From contig CM120642.1 of assembly GCA_051362555.1 (NCBI GenBank), positions 310,001 through 374,000 on the forward strand: 64,000 nucleotides of DNA, in the 5' to 3' direction. The stretch's first letter is position 1; every line of letters starts with the position of its first letter. This document shows, in pieces, positions 55,001 to 64,000 of the stretch. The position numbers were made by a program, and so were the translations under genes. A model generated the notes under the pieces. That model saw only the letters and a program-made list of their open reading frames with translations. It ran no database searches and was not told where the DNA came from. The DNA is from Lingula anatina (lineage: Eukaryota; Animalia; Brachiopoda).

Positions 55001-58000
55001 CTTTGGAAACTGATGTCTAACCTTGTTCAATTTGAAATTCGGGAGGCACAAATACTGAGGCATGTTTTTGATGAAAATTAATAGTAGTCGCTAGCACGTA
55101 AATTTTTTAAAAAATGACCGTTTTAGGAGTGGCGGTTAAATGGCCACATCTGGCTCTAAGCGGTCAGATATAACCCATTTGTTTCAAACATGATATTATA
55201 AATTATGAATTTTCTCTTTTTCTGACTAAGATATGAAATCTTAAATAAAGGGGATGGGCACTCGCCATTAGAAGTCTATAAACTCACCACTTTCTTTATG
55301 TAGGCAGTGGGTGTCATTTCTTCTTCGGTGTCAGGGTCTATAAACTTCAAATGGACGTCTCGTAAAAGCCACATAAAGTTTGGAAACACCCTGCGAAGTG
55401 CCCCCATGTCTTCAGTCACCTCCTCATTTTCCCTCGCACGAATTTTACCAGTGACATCAGTAAGGGTTCTAAATACATAATAATATTTTTTTTACTATAT
55501 ATTTTATAAAAGCTGTACAAGTGTGTCATATTTAAAAAAAACAATCAAAATAATTTTTAAAAAACTGCTACTCGAAAGAAATAAGGCATCACCATTTATG
55601 ATAATTATTTAACACAAGCTGAAAGTGATTTCATACTAAGGCTTGTGATGTACTTGGACGTTGACAGACATGGCAGGTGACGTTCGTCCCATATAATACA
55701 TGCCCTGAGTGGCAACCGTTCACAGGTCTTCCAACACCGAACAAGCCGGGGACAATCTTATTATGTTCTTGTTATGCTTCATAACATCTTGACTTTTGGT
55801 TATCGAGAGACTCTCGCGCTGTGACCTAATTGAAACCAGTTCATGCCGGTGGAAAAACATCATGGAAGTAGACGCTCAGGCTGGTCCTTTGAGGACGCGA
55901 ATAAAGATAACAAACCCTCCTATCTGTAAACTATTTCCTGCATCTGATTATTCCAAAATGCATCTATCTTTGTGCTGATTTAAAATAACAAAACTCCCCT
56001 TGAAAATCAAATCGGAGTCGCCAATGTTTATCAATGTTTATACTGTATTTGTCGTTGCTATGTACATATAAGCACAGGTAACTCAAAGTTTTAAACATCA
56101 ATGTAACTCCTTTCTATTTTGCAATCGGTTTTGGGCGAAATTTTATCCCTGAACAAGATGTTATCACAAAAATAGGCATAGGTGTATGGTCTTCAATCCA
56201 GTGTCGTCCTTTTGATGTAAAACTTTCGTTATGCTTTTATGATCCCATTATTACAGAAAAATTTCATAAAATAATTAGTGCCATATTAGTACTCAGCAAA
56301 CAAACAAAAAAATGGTGAATTGTGGGGAGCTAGATTGAATGTCTATAAACAAAAGGAGATCGTTGTACGCACCATTTTGTTGTCCTTACTATGAATATTC
56401 AGAAAATGTATCTATCACACGGTTTCTGTCCTAAAGTAGTTCCTTCTCACCTTGTAAATTGCCAATGTGGGAAAAATGACTAATTGACAAAATACGACAT
56501 TACAACAAGCAAATAGTCCAACAATATTTGAACTTGACCTGTATAGTAGTGGAATATGGACGTAAGAAGCTCCTTTTCTTAAAATGTCAATGTAATTGCA
56601 TAGTGAGGATTGTGGCGTAAAAAGAGACGCAAGATAAGGCGAAGTCTGAGCTGCCCACTAGGTCAAGTTTCAGAGACTTTTTGAAGGCGTCATATACAGT
56701 GTCACAGTGGATAAAAGAGGCGTAAGCTGTTATTTTGAGCTGCCCGCTAGGTCTTAGTTCTGGTCTTTTGGAGGCGTCATATGCAATTTCATAAGGGAGC
56801 AAAGAGGTGTAAGGTCCATTTCCTTTTTGAACGCTCACTGCACATAATTGTCACAGTCCTCACTATACAATTACATTGAAAGGTTAAGACAATGGGCTTC
56901 ACCCGTCAATATTTCACTACTCTGTATATATGTACTATGAAGCAAGTTTGGTCATAATATGCCAAGTAAACGACGGCTACAATTCTGATAAAAAAGTGCA
57001 ACATTATGACGTGTAATTGGACGAAAAGGGAAACACTCGGAAAACGGTTAAATGATGCTTGCTCAATGATGAACTATACAGTATATTCAATTAAAAATAG
57101 TTATTTTAATATTTTAATTATTTAAGCTTTTTACAGAGACCTACTTGAGTTCTTCTAGATCCTTTTTCTTTGGCACCTTGACGCTGTTATAAATCAGCTG
57201 TGATGTAAGCAGCACTGTCATCACCAGTATACCAACATCATTGGCAGCTTCGGCATCACATGCATCTGAAAGTCAAGGAAAGAAACAGAATGAAAAGTGA
57301 ATAAACATGCAGCCTTGTTACAAGCATTTTTAAATCTTTTTAAATGGACAAGAAAGGTCCAATTAGCTAGTTACTAAGGTTATTCGCTTCCATAGCAACG
57401 GTTGCTAAACAACGCCTTGGCAGTACCCTTGAAAATGAACAACATAGTCCAACGAATAGTAAGTTTAATGTTTTTTCCACATTCTGGGCACTTTTTACAC
57501 CAATCACCTGCACTAAAAATAATTTGTGTCTAACTGACTGGTCAGACGTTTAGAGTTGACAGTGCATTCCTGGCATTCACTATATATGGAATGGCCAGGG
57601 CTCCGTAACTCGAAATCATTGCGAATTGCGACCGAGCGCAAGCGTCTCTATTCCATAACTCGGGGTTTACTAGCCCCATATGATAGCCTAAAAATGATGC
57701 TTTCGAGTTACGAAGCCCTGGTTTTCGTTTTTACGATGGCCTTATGTTGCGTATAATTCAATCTGTTTTGTATCACGCGTCAAGTTGAGAGGTGACATTG
57801 CTTGCAGTGATCTACATGAAATTGCCTGATACAGTTTAATAAAATTCATTTTTCGTTTCCTTAAAATGTATGACTAGAGGAAAAAGGAAGCTTAGCGAGA
57901 AAAAATATTACTCTGGGGCACTTTAATACAGGGTAAAGGCAGAGTAGCATTCACTAGCAAAGCAGTACATACAGCTATATGAAAAACTGGGTTGAAATAT

Positions 58001-58172
58001 TCAGACATAAAATGTGAAATGTTGACCATTGTGTTTGGCCTGAGAAATCCCTCAACTATGTCTTCTGTAAACTTGTAACGATACATACTGTATGAACCAC
58101 TTTCAATTAGTGTCTTTATTCTTGTAGAGCTTACGTTGCGTCCCTCTATGATTGACACGCATGAGACATACA

Positions 58173-58242
<70 letters not shown>

Positions 58243-59008
58243 TCACCCGTCCCCTCGCTATCTATCAAGATGGTGGTGAATCCTTTCTTTCTATTTCTCA
58301 AGACTTTTGTTCCCATCCAAATACCGAACGTCTTAGGGTTCATTTCATTTCCAAGCTCGAACGCTTCATGGGCTCCAACCATCCTGTAAAGTGGAAAAAC
58401 TCGTTTAATCAATAATATAAAGGCAGCATAAGGACATCAGGATATACAGGTATGATATCTAATGCTCTTAACTTGAAAAAGCAGCAGGCATAATAAAACA
58501 TCCCTAAAATAATCTTAATGTGTGATTTATCTTGAAAAAGCAGTAGTCATTATGAAAACACCTAAAGGTTGAATCATTTTGATTCTTGCGAATTGGTTGT
58601 ATTTAACATGTAGCTTTCATTCAGTTGTGGCTCATTTTTTCTGTAGTCAAAATGACTTCTGCTATCAACCAATCAGACATTAAATCATATTAAATTGGTC
58701 ATATCCTTCATATACCTTGATAAAACGTAAGACTTCCCGCTCCGTGCTGTTCCACAAATCCCCACTACACTGACCGGGTCTGTTACATCTTGCAGCAACT
58801 CTAGTGCTTCTTCACCCAGGACCAGGTGGGTTCTTTTCACATTTTTCTGCTTAACGACCTTGCCTGAAGACGGATCATACCGACAGTCGTTCGGCAAAAT
58901 CAGAGGCACAGAGGTTTGCTTTTTCGCTAGATCTCTTTGGGAGATGGGCAATATCTCGTAGCCCTGTCGTCTATGAGGGACCGTCAGCGATCTGTCATCT
59001 GAAGCCAT
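18711..59008 (-). CDS. GBP: Guanylate-binding protein (GBP family large GTPase), paralog B; 12 coding exons, about 712 aa
   Basis: Join of 59008-58716, 58383-58247, 57265-57145, 55468-55288, 53280-53034, 52872-52718, 50127-50057, 43884-43739, 37926-37625, 36831-36649, 36200-36105, 18917-18711 = 2139 nt. All introns are GT-AG with matching phases. Motifs: GTARSGKS (G1), KTFGIWM (G2), DSEG (G3), FPNFMWLLRD (G4), then helical and coiled-coil regions. Symbol is family-level only. Confidence 0.88.
19179..20141. mobile_element. hAT-like non-autonomous DNA transposon, copy 2 (inverted relative to copy 1)
   Basis: TAAGGCCACACTTT...AAAGTGTGGCCTA; degenerate 8-bp TSD ATACTTCA / ATGCTTGA (a TAA TSD reading is also possible). 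Confidence 0.75.
21230..21810 (+). mobile_element. Decayed RTE/BovB-like LINE RT fragment
   Basis: VNNTRYAD at ~21328; ILLYGREAYTL...EAADMCFYRRILR. Confidence 0.7.
22371..23215 (+). mobile_element. Tc1/mariner internally deleted element, copy 2 (inverted relative to copy 1)
   Basis: TA-CAGACTTGACATT...AATGTCAAGTCTG-TA; 22870-23070 matches revcomp 16150-16350. Confidence 0.8.
23576..23859. mobile_element. MITE with CCC...GGG ends and GCAGTAG subrepeats
   Basis: CCCGCAAGAAAATGCAGTAG / CTACTTCGTTTTCGTGCGGG; TSD not clear. Confidence 0.55.
23950..24770 (-). mobile_element. Tc1 transposase pseudogene, 3' half with one terminus
   Basis: VWGAICSNG...LQHDNATQH...SPDANPIEHM followed by an in-frame stop; TA-CACTCTTGCCCAAA terminus. 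Confidence 0.85.
25146..26217 (+). mobile_element. Solo LTR (Gypsy-like, 4-bp TSD) with internal ~85-90-bp repeats
   Basis: TGTAATG...CGCTACA ends; ATAT TSD at 25142-25145 and 26218-26221; AATAAA near 26130. Confidence 0.65.
27593..29077 (+). pseudogene. LINE ORF1 (zinc-finger-like N-terminus, coiled coil, RRM-like, basic tail), frameshifted
   Basis: MKCDG...CQGDLMLCKDC; frame break near 27880; DIFVGNVSPE...SFVIKIP...WNDNIKIQPF. Confidence 0.75.
31785..33809. mobile_element. Non-autonomous PIF/Harbinger-type element
   Basis: TIR GACCGGCTTTCACGAAACGTTTCGCAGTTTGCGCA / TGCGCAAACTGCGAAACGTTTCGTGAAAGCCGGCC; CTG TSD. Confidence 0.82.
33813..34971 (-). mobile_element. Internally deleted Harbinger element with HARBI1-like transposase N-half
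   Basis: TIR GGGCCAATTCCATAAAA; CTG TSD; 34766-34199 encodes RERVFRDRRNPL...LQYYATG...FPGVIGCVDGTHI...NRKGYHSINVQVICD with one frameshift. Confidence 0.92.
36105..36200 (-). CDS. GBP: GBP-B coding exon 11 (coiled coil)
   Basis: 96 nt; LHSRHEEDKANLNMKLKDLQNANQQVYIQGMQ; an alternative in-frame donor would end the exon at 36126. Confidence 0.78.
36649..36831 (-). CDS. GBP: GBP-B coding exon 10 (coiled coil)
   Basis: 183 nt, phase 0 to 0; TIKGFQTDVAEAKRKLDAFKMEDEKRQRHRQNNREEAARQK...EEAIKK; donor GTTAGT. Confidence 0.85.
37625..37926 (-). CDS. GBP: GBP-B coding exon 9
   Basis: 302 nt; ...GGELHQYLEENRERSRRYCEKVF...YQQQAIGPRKLDVL; GBP-like N---S---C and Y-----GP features. Confidence 0.88.
39940..42390. 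repeat. Decayed repeat with recurrent GGC(G/A)GCCAT(A/C)TTGGA / CCAAAATGGC motifs (DNA transposon subterminal-like)
   Basis: Motif recurs in one orientation over ~40020-41040 and in the opposite orientation over ~41355-41710; ~350-bp diverged periodicity. Confidence 0.5.
42392..42837 (+). mobile_element. LINE RT fragment
   Basis: DTVWHKGMF...GIRQGDNLSPVLLNIF, frameshift, SYADDLVLLS...WKLKVNENKSK. Confidence 0.85.
42860..43680 (-). mobile_element. Decayed CR1/L2-like LINE RT fragment
   Basis: CPLNPLP...ITQIVNSCFDHGAFPKHFKSAIIKPILKKPNLDP...LLDSYAPFDTVHH. Confidence 0.8.
43739..43884 (-). CDS. GBP: GBP-B coding exon 8
   Basis: 146 nt; TTGTSLMSIHDTVMDNVRNELTKQIG...FNKRI; TTTTCAG acceptor and GTGAGC donor; phase 2 to 1. 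Confidence 0.82.
43985..45250. mobile_element. Non-autonomous DNA transposon with long inverted arms
   Basis: 44055-44185 is the reverse complement of 45123-45250; left start resembles the 56588 MITE. Confidence 0.65.
47598..49179. mobile_element. Kolobok-like non-autonomous element
   Basis: TTAA-GGTAGATCGGTCGTTAC ... GTAACGACCGATCTAGC-TTAA; internal ~215-bp tandem duplication at 48730-49160. Confidence 0.78.
50057..50127 (-). CDS. GBP: GBP-B coding exon 7
   Basis: 71 nt; KAIKEVCLRGSEMDPMEESDGPE; TTTTAG acceptor and GTAAGA donor; supplies the phase 0 to 2 bridge required between exons 6 and 8. Confidence 0.8.
50436..51130. mobile_element. Palindromic MITE with a nested Kolobok-like insertion
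   Basis: GGAGCATTCACA...TGTGAATGCTCC ends; arms 50833-50945 and 51004-51112 are complementary; partial copy at ~20750-20850. Confidence 0.75.
50452..50828. mobile_element. Kolobok-like MITE
   Basis: TTAA TSD at 50448-50451 and 50829-50832 splits the left arm of the host MITE. Confidence 0.7.
52175..52530. mobile_element. MITE with AAAACAATA subrepeats
   Basis: GGGGTTTGATTGCGCAATTGTGACGTAA / TTACGTAACAACTGCGTAATCAAAACCCC inverted ends. Confidence 0.55.
52718..52872 (-). CDS. GBP: GBP-B coding exon 6 (start of helical domain)
   Basis: 155 nt; GDQLATMLQHYVEAVNDPGTIPVIKSAW...YNTEMK resembles the GBP YV-AIN-G--P--E-A segment. Confidence 0.92.
53034..53280 (-). CDS. GBP: GBP-B coding exon 5
   Basis: 247 nt; VFRKASQEE...FQRVEAFPLPSP...GSRIT; phase 0 to 1. 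Confidence 0.9.
55288..55468 (-). CDS. GBP: GBP-B coding exon 4 (G4 motif)
   Basis: 181 nt; TLTDVTGKIRAR...RRVFPNFMWLLRDVHLKF...TAYIKKV; donor GTGAGT. Confidence 0.93.
56588..56878. mobile_element. MITE
   Basis: CAATGTAATTGCATAGTGAGGATTGTG / CACAGTCCTCACTATACAATTACATTG. Confidence 0.7.
57145..57265 (-). CDS. GBP: GBP-B coding exon 3
   Basis: 121 nt, not in the ORF track; DACDAEAANDVGILVMTVLLTSQLIYNSVKVPKKKDLEEL resembles the GBP LLSS-F-YNS segment; AG and GTAGGT borders. Confidence 0.9.
57599..57717. mobile_element. 119-bp Harbinger-like MITE
   Basis: GGCTCCGTAACTCGAAA / TTTCGAGTTACGAAGCC; CAG/CTG flanks; empty site GGCCTGGTT in the paralogous GBP-A intron at ~1262-1270. Confidence 0.75.
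58174..58240. repeat. (TA)n microsatellite abutting a splice donor
   Basis: Starts immediately after GTGAGT of GBP-B coding exon 2. Confidence 0.95.
58247..58383 (-). CDS. GBP: GBP-B coding exon 2 (G2/G3)
   Basis: 137 nt, phase 2 to 1; MVGAHEAFELGNEMNPKTFGIWMGTK...ILIDSEGT; donor GTGAGT. Confidence 0.93.
58716..59008 (-). CDS. GBP: GBP-B coding exon 1 (P-loop GTARSGKS)
   Basis: Acceptor AG at 59027-59026, exon starts 59025, ATG at 59008, donor GTATAT after 58716; MASDD...VSVVGICGTARSGKSYVLS. Confidence 0.92.
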
Positions 59009-60208
59009 GTTTCCACAGCTTGTGTCTGTAAATAAAATGAGGATACGATATATGTGTGTGTGTGTGTATGTGTTTCCAAACATCCAAACATTGCTACATG
59101 TGTTTTAAGCTTTTTTCAATTCTTAGCCGAAAATGACACTAAAACATTGCTTTAATCTGGGACACAGACATACCAGTGTGTTTTGCAGCTGTACATAATG
59201 GAAAAGAAAGCTCTCAGAAAAGTATTGCCGTGTTTGTCATATCAGGGATCATTTACGACACACACACTAGAGAAAAACAAAAATTGCTCTTTGTCACAAA
59301 TTTGATAGGTTGCTGTGCAAATCGTTCAAACATTCGGATGTAAAGACCTGAAACGCGCACTGCTTTTCATAAAACAACAAGTTGTAAGGAAATCCTGTCC
59401 TCTGAGCATGTAATCAAAGATGTTATGACTCAATCCTGTTTTGTTTCCTTCAGACTCGCATGACAACGAAACCAGACTAAGTACATTTGACTGAGTACAG
59501 CTGAAGCCATTGAATTATTTTTAATTTTTATCATTTCTTACGGATATACCGTCCTAATATTATGTATGTGTGCATTTATTCCGTCAACCATAAGAAGAAT
59601 AGATGCGATTATAACGTCAGAAAATACAATAGAGGGAGTGTGATAATGATAGGGTCGCTAAACGATTTTGACGGCAAATAGTGACTAGCCTAATTCCCTG
59701 GTCGCCTGGGTAGGCACTCCCCTTTAGAGTTCTTATGTAAACAAACAGTCTCCTGTAGCGCACTATCCTTTTGTTCAACAGCTTCGCCCGTGCAGCGGAT
59801 TATTATTATTTAATATTATTATTTATTGCGGTTCAAGTACATTTTTACAATGACTATGACCTAACAGTATACATTATATAATAATATAGCTAAAATTACA
59901 ATAGTAAATTACAATGTTGTTTATACAATAACTGTGATCAGATTTTACAATTGCAGTATACGCTCAGTTACTTTGGTTGACTAGGTGGTGGTTGGTTGAG
60001 AATATCTTTTCTTTCCTTATTACACATTGTGATATAGTGGGCCAAATTCTTTATAACATGTAAATCGTTTGACTGCATTATGCATTTGAACTGAACCTCT
60101 GGGGTTTGTGTAGGATCTGGTTTTAGGATCTCCCTGTGTTTGGTGAGTAAGGGGCATTTTAAAAGAAAGTGTTTTTCATTTTCCACTTCATCTGAGCATA
60201 ACTTGCAG

Positions 60209-62424
60209 GGGCCGGTTTCACGAAGCAGTAGTTAGTTAGAACAACTAACTACTGAACTATCTCGCTAACGAGCAAACGAGGGGTGTTTCACGAAGCAGTA
60301 GTTAACTCATCGCTAAGTTCAGTCGTCAAGTTCGGTCGTTAGTTCTCTCGTTACTCACCGTAGTCTCGAAACAGTCTACCGGAAGTGGAACTCTTGCGTA
60401 AAAGTGTCGCGAAAGCACTAACTCTCCAATTTCCGGCGGCTGGAAATGCATAAGAACGTCTGCTTTGAGGTCGTCGTAAAGGATCTCCACCACCTTTTAG
60501 CCGCTCTTTTTGTCACAGCTAGGTGCAACCTCTCGTAAATTGCATCATCGCGTGTATATTCTAATAGATTCTGCCTTTCATGAAAACGTCGTAGTCTACG
60601 TTGCCGTCTGGCGGTACGGATAGCAAAAAAAGGTCGTCGCCATATTGGATACAAAGACAAACGACAGACAACGGTAACTAAGCAACCTTTCTATTTCACT
60701 CATTACGCATGCGTACGATGAAACTCTAAAGTTAGCGACTGGTCTGACCAGTCGTTAAATATCCAAGGTAACAACGAGACAATAACGAGCGAGAGAACTA
60801 GCGATTGTTTCGTGAAACGGCACTATAACTAGCGAGAGGCTAACTACCGATCGCTAACTAACTACTGCTTTGTGAAACCGGTGTGAAGGGACTGGATGTC
60901 CGCCGTAATGCATGTCCGTGGGACATGTATTCCTAGGCATTAATGTCCTGCAGACACTAAGTCCTGGGAATGCATGTCCTGGCTCTTCCATTCCTAGGAA
61001 CGCATGTACTAGGACATAATTTCCTGGGATTTAACGTCCAGTGGACATCCATTACTTAGTATTCTAAGTCCTGCAGACAGGTATCGATGTCCTAGTCGGA
61101 CGTATTTTCCCAGCTAGACTAGTAATAGATGTCTTCCGACATTTTCATATGAATGATGTGTTAATTTTAGAAGTTTTAAACGCGATGTTTAAGAATGTTA
61201 TTACGCTTATTAGAATTATTTGTATACATGTACCTCTATACACACTTTATTCGGCTAACATAAGATATTTTACGTAAACGAAAAAAATGACTACAAATTG
61301 ATATATATATTATTTCCGATTAATATGAAAAAATACAACTGTATGTCTGGGGTACACAGCTTTGGATTTTGGCTCGTGCCCATTTCTAACTAATATTTGT
61401 TTGTCCTTAGACGCATCACATTACATTTTACGTTTTACGGGGTGTTTTTCGGTAAAATACGAGTGTGTGAAATAATACACAGCCACCCTCTCGTGATATA
61501 CTCACAAGTGCGTGTTGAACACTTCTCGATGACGTTCGAGCTGTTCAGGTACTGATATACATATCGTTCGGGTGAAAGTTAATTATTTTATACTTAGTGC
61601 CTTGATTTTCATTGGGAATATTTGTAGTTAGAGAGACATGATATGCAGTTTGAGACTGTAAATGAAACGTGTATAAGTGTATGATAAATAAATTGAATGT
61701 GTCTGTTATTGTTTATACGTGCATTTTTACTATTAGTATTAAAATTCTTTTGAGCGCAATTTTTCCTTGCATATGGATCCCGAACTTCCCATTTTAATTC
61801 TTTGTGTTTTTCGGTGAAATTAGAAAGTATATGCTCTTTTGCGTACAATTATCCAATAAAATTCACCCACGGCCTTGTATAATCACCCTCGAGTTACTAA
61901 AGGAATTCTAAAATAGCACAACGTTATAAATTAAAAATGATGATATTTATATCAAACAGTTAAAAATCTCGTCTCATAAAAAAATCCAAATAGTATAACA
62001 ACATGTAGTGCGTTTAAATGGAGAGTAAATTAGGATAACATTTGCATATAGAATAACATCGCTGCTTTGGATTCGAACTCACTTACGTTTCTCTACGCTG
62101 TTGGTAATTCATCCAGCCGTCTTACTGATGAGCCTGTGTGGAAGCTGCTGCAAGCCGACCGAAAATTACCGATACTTATGGCGCCGTGTTTATAATTATT
62201 GTGCGGACATTAATTATGTAGGACATGCGTTTCTGTGTATATGTGAAAGGAAACTATGTCCGACAGGAATACATGTCCTACCTGCGTATAAATAAAGCTG
62301 GGAATCTAGGTCCGGGTAGGACAGTACATCCTAGGGAACGCACGTCCATAGGACATGTTTTCCAGGAACGGAGGTCCGGAGGACCTCCGTTCCTGGGGGA
62401 CATGCATTCCTTTCACACCGGCCC
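60209..62424 (-). mobile_element. Harbinger deletion derivative (own sequence 60209-60881 plus 62422-62424)
   Basis: TIR GGGCCGGTTTCACGAAGCAGTAGTTAGTTAG; CAG TSD; relic RRFHERQNLLEYTRDDAIYERLHL resembles the transposase N-terminus at 34766. Confidence 0.82.
60882..62417. mobile_element. TGT...ACA element with CCGG TSD (Ginger-like, non-autonomous)
   Basis: TGTGAAGGGA...TCCTTTCACA ends; CCGG at 60878-60881 and 62418-62421; long imperfect arms of GTCC/GGAC subrepeats. Confidence 0.72.
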
Positions 62425-64000
62425 CAGGTCTTTTCTTCAGGGGGTATTGATTTTGGTTTTCGGTATCTGCCTCTTTGGATTTCTAAGTCATGTGCCCCTG
62501 TTCTAAATTTTGCCAAATATTGCATTTCATGTTTTGGTATAGGTGCTGTTGTGTACGCTTCCCTTTCATAATTTGTTTTAAATAATCGATTATATTTGTA
62601 GTGACACTATATAGCTCACTGCCGTTGAATATGTGAAAGCTGTTATTTGATTCATTCTGCTGTGTCGGACGGTGTGGACCAGCCCAATGGTTCATTCACT
62701 TATTCTTTTCTGAAGATTGGTGATGCAGTTTGGGTGCTTAAATATTATTTAACCTCATTCTAACAAGGGAAAGGAGAAGGGAAGGAAACAGAGATGTCAA
62801 ATGAAATGGGTAGAATGAGAAATACAATACATTAATTAAAGGTACTCGCGTTGAAAAAAAACGGTAGACTGTTTTGCACCAAGATGACGGGGTACCTCGT
62901 ATAAATTTTCCTAAATGGTATAAAATGTGCATATTTTCACCACTATTTTGTATTATTTTAAACCATTAATCATGTTAGACACGGTATCCGTAATAAAAAG
63001 TGCTATGTCTAACAATTTACAGCTGTAAGGTGATCTTTTGTAAATATAAGTACATGGAAATGGGGGTGGGACAACCTTTTTGACCAATGTTGTATGTGCT
63101 GACTTATATTTTACTCTCGTAAACTGAGGTAGCGGCCATTTAAACCGTATCATACCTTGGTTCAAGTTATGAAAGGTTTAAGCACAAAACAATAAGTGGA
63201 GGGTATTTTTTCATTCAAAATTCAGTATCTATGATGAGTGACAATAGGGACTTTACAAAGCTTTACGTGCTTCTTGTCCATTTATTTCAATCGTATCAAA
63301 ACGTTTGATTTACAATTTTCATAAGTTTCATAATTTTGTCGATTTAATGAAACCATATTTGTACAAAGTGGGTTAGCATAAGTGAAGCAAAAACCAGATT
63401 GAAAGTCAACAGCCTTTTTAAGTGAGACAAGACACCCTCTTCACACTGATTATAACATTGATAAAGACATTATGCAACAAGGCAATTTAGTTCTACATGT
63501 ATCAACTCGAGTGTGAAAACAACATAATCTTTGTCACTTTTACAAGACAATGGAGGCGAGCAAGTGGAGTAATTACAATATACAATCAGAAGGAATTTAG
63601 TTTAGAAAGCTAACTTCGGGTCAGCCCTTTGCTTGTTCGCGACCTTCGTGTGTTCGTGTAAATGTGTGAAAGACAGGCAACGGTCTTGAATCGCTGTTGA
63701 TATTGTTTGTAATCAATATTGAAGTATATCCCCTTCGCCTATATATAAACGTGTTAGTTTGCCTCATGTTCACTCTTTTTCTTTCAGGTGGATCATACAA
63801 GGCGTTGAGATCGCACGCATTACAGTGAGAGTAGCCAAAGAGTGACGATGATCAACCCAAGCACAATCTAGGCAAGTATTGTTCACAAAACGAATTATGT
63901 TGAATAAACTTACGCTTAAATAAATAATCGGCACAAGGTTCGGTTATTGTCACTTAAAAGCTTTCGATCAAAGACGTTCATTTAAATCACAAATCATTTG

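Larger units (their letters stand above)
59804..62587 (-). mobile_element. 5'-truncated LINE (RTEX-like C-terminus) with nested insertions
   Basis: FRTGAHDLEIQRGRYRKPKSIPPEEKT joins CKLCSDEVENEKHFLLKCP once 60209-62427 is removed; (AAT)n tail; GATTAT TSD at 59798-59803 and 62588-62593. Confidence 0.82.

Noticed and set aside
62103-62170. Hammerhead-like layout GGTAATTC...CTGATGAG...CGAAAATTACC
   Set aside because: Stem III and the core match, but stems I and II do not pair convincingly; the opposite strand is better explained as a tRNA-like relic

Overview
AT-rich (~36% GC, estimated by eye) eukaryotic genomic DNA, probably from an invertebrate animal. It contains two tandem, minus-strand, intron-containing guanylate-binding protein (GBP, dynamin-like GTPase) paralogs in a dense landscape of transposon relics. 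GBP-B can be rebuilt by hand as 12 coding exons (59008 down to 18711, about 712 aa). All junctions are GT-AG and phase-compatible, the G1-G4 motifs are intact, and the coiled-coil tail ends in an amphipathic RGWLSRLF motif instead of a CaaX box. GBP-A runs off the left edge. It has an extra in-frame first coding exon starting MGCAPSK (myristoylation/palmitoylation-type) and a truncated tandem copy of its next exon. About 3 kb upstream of GBP-A recurs upstream of GBP-B in the opposite orientation, suggesting a head-to-head duplication or an inversion. Introns and spacers carry a near full-length LINE, several LINE fragments, Harbinger, Tc1, hAT-, Kolobok- and Ginger-like elements, and solo LTRs (one only 124 bp with a tRNA-like core), many with readable TSDs and nested insertions. 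All calls come from reading the sequence; no searches were run.
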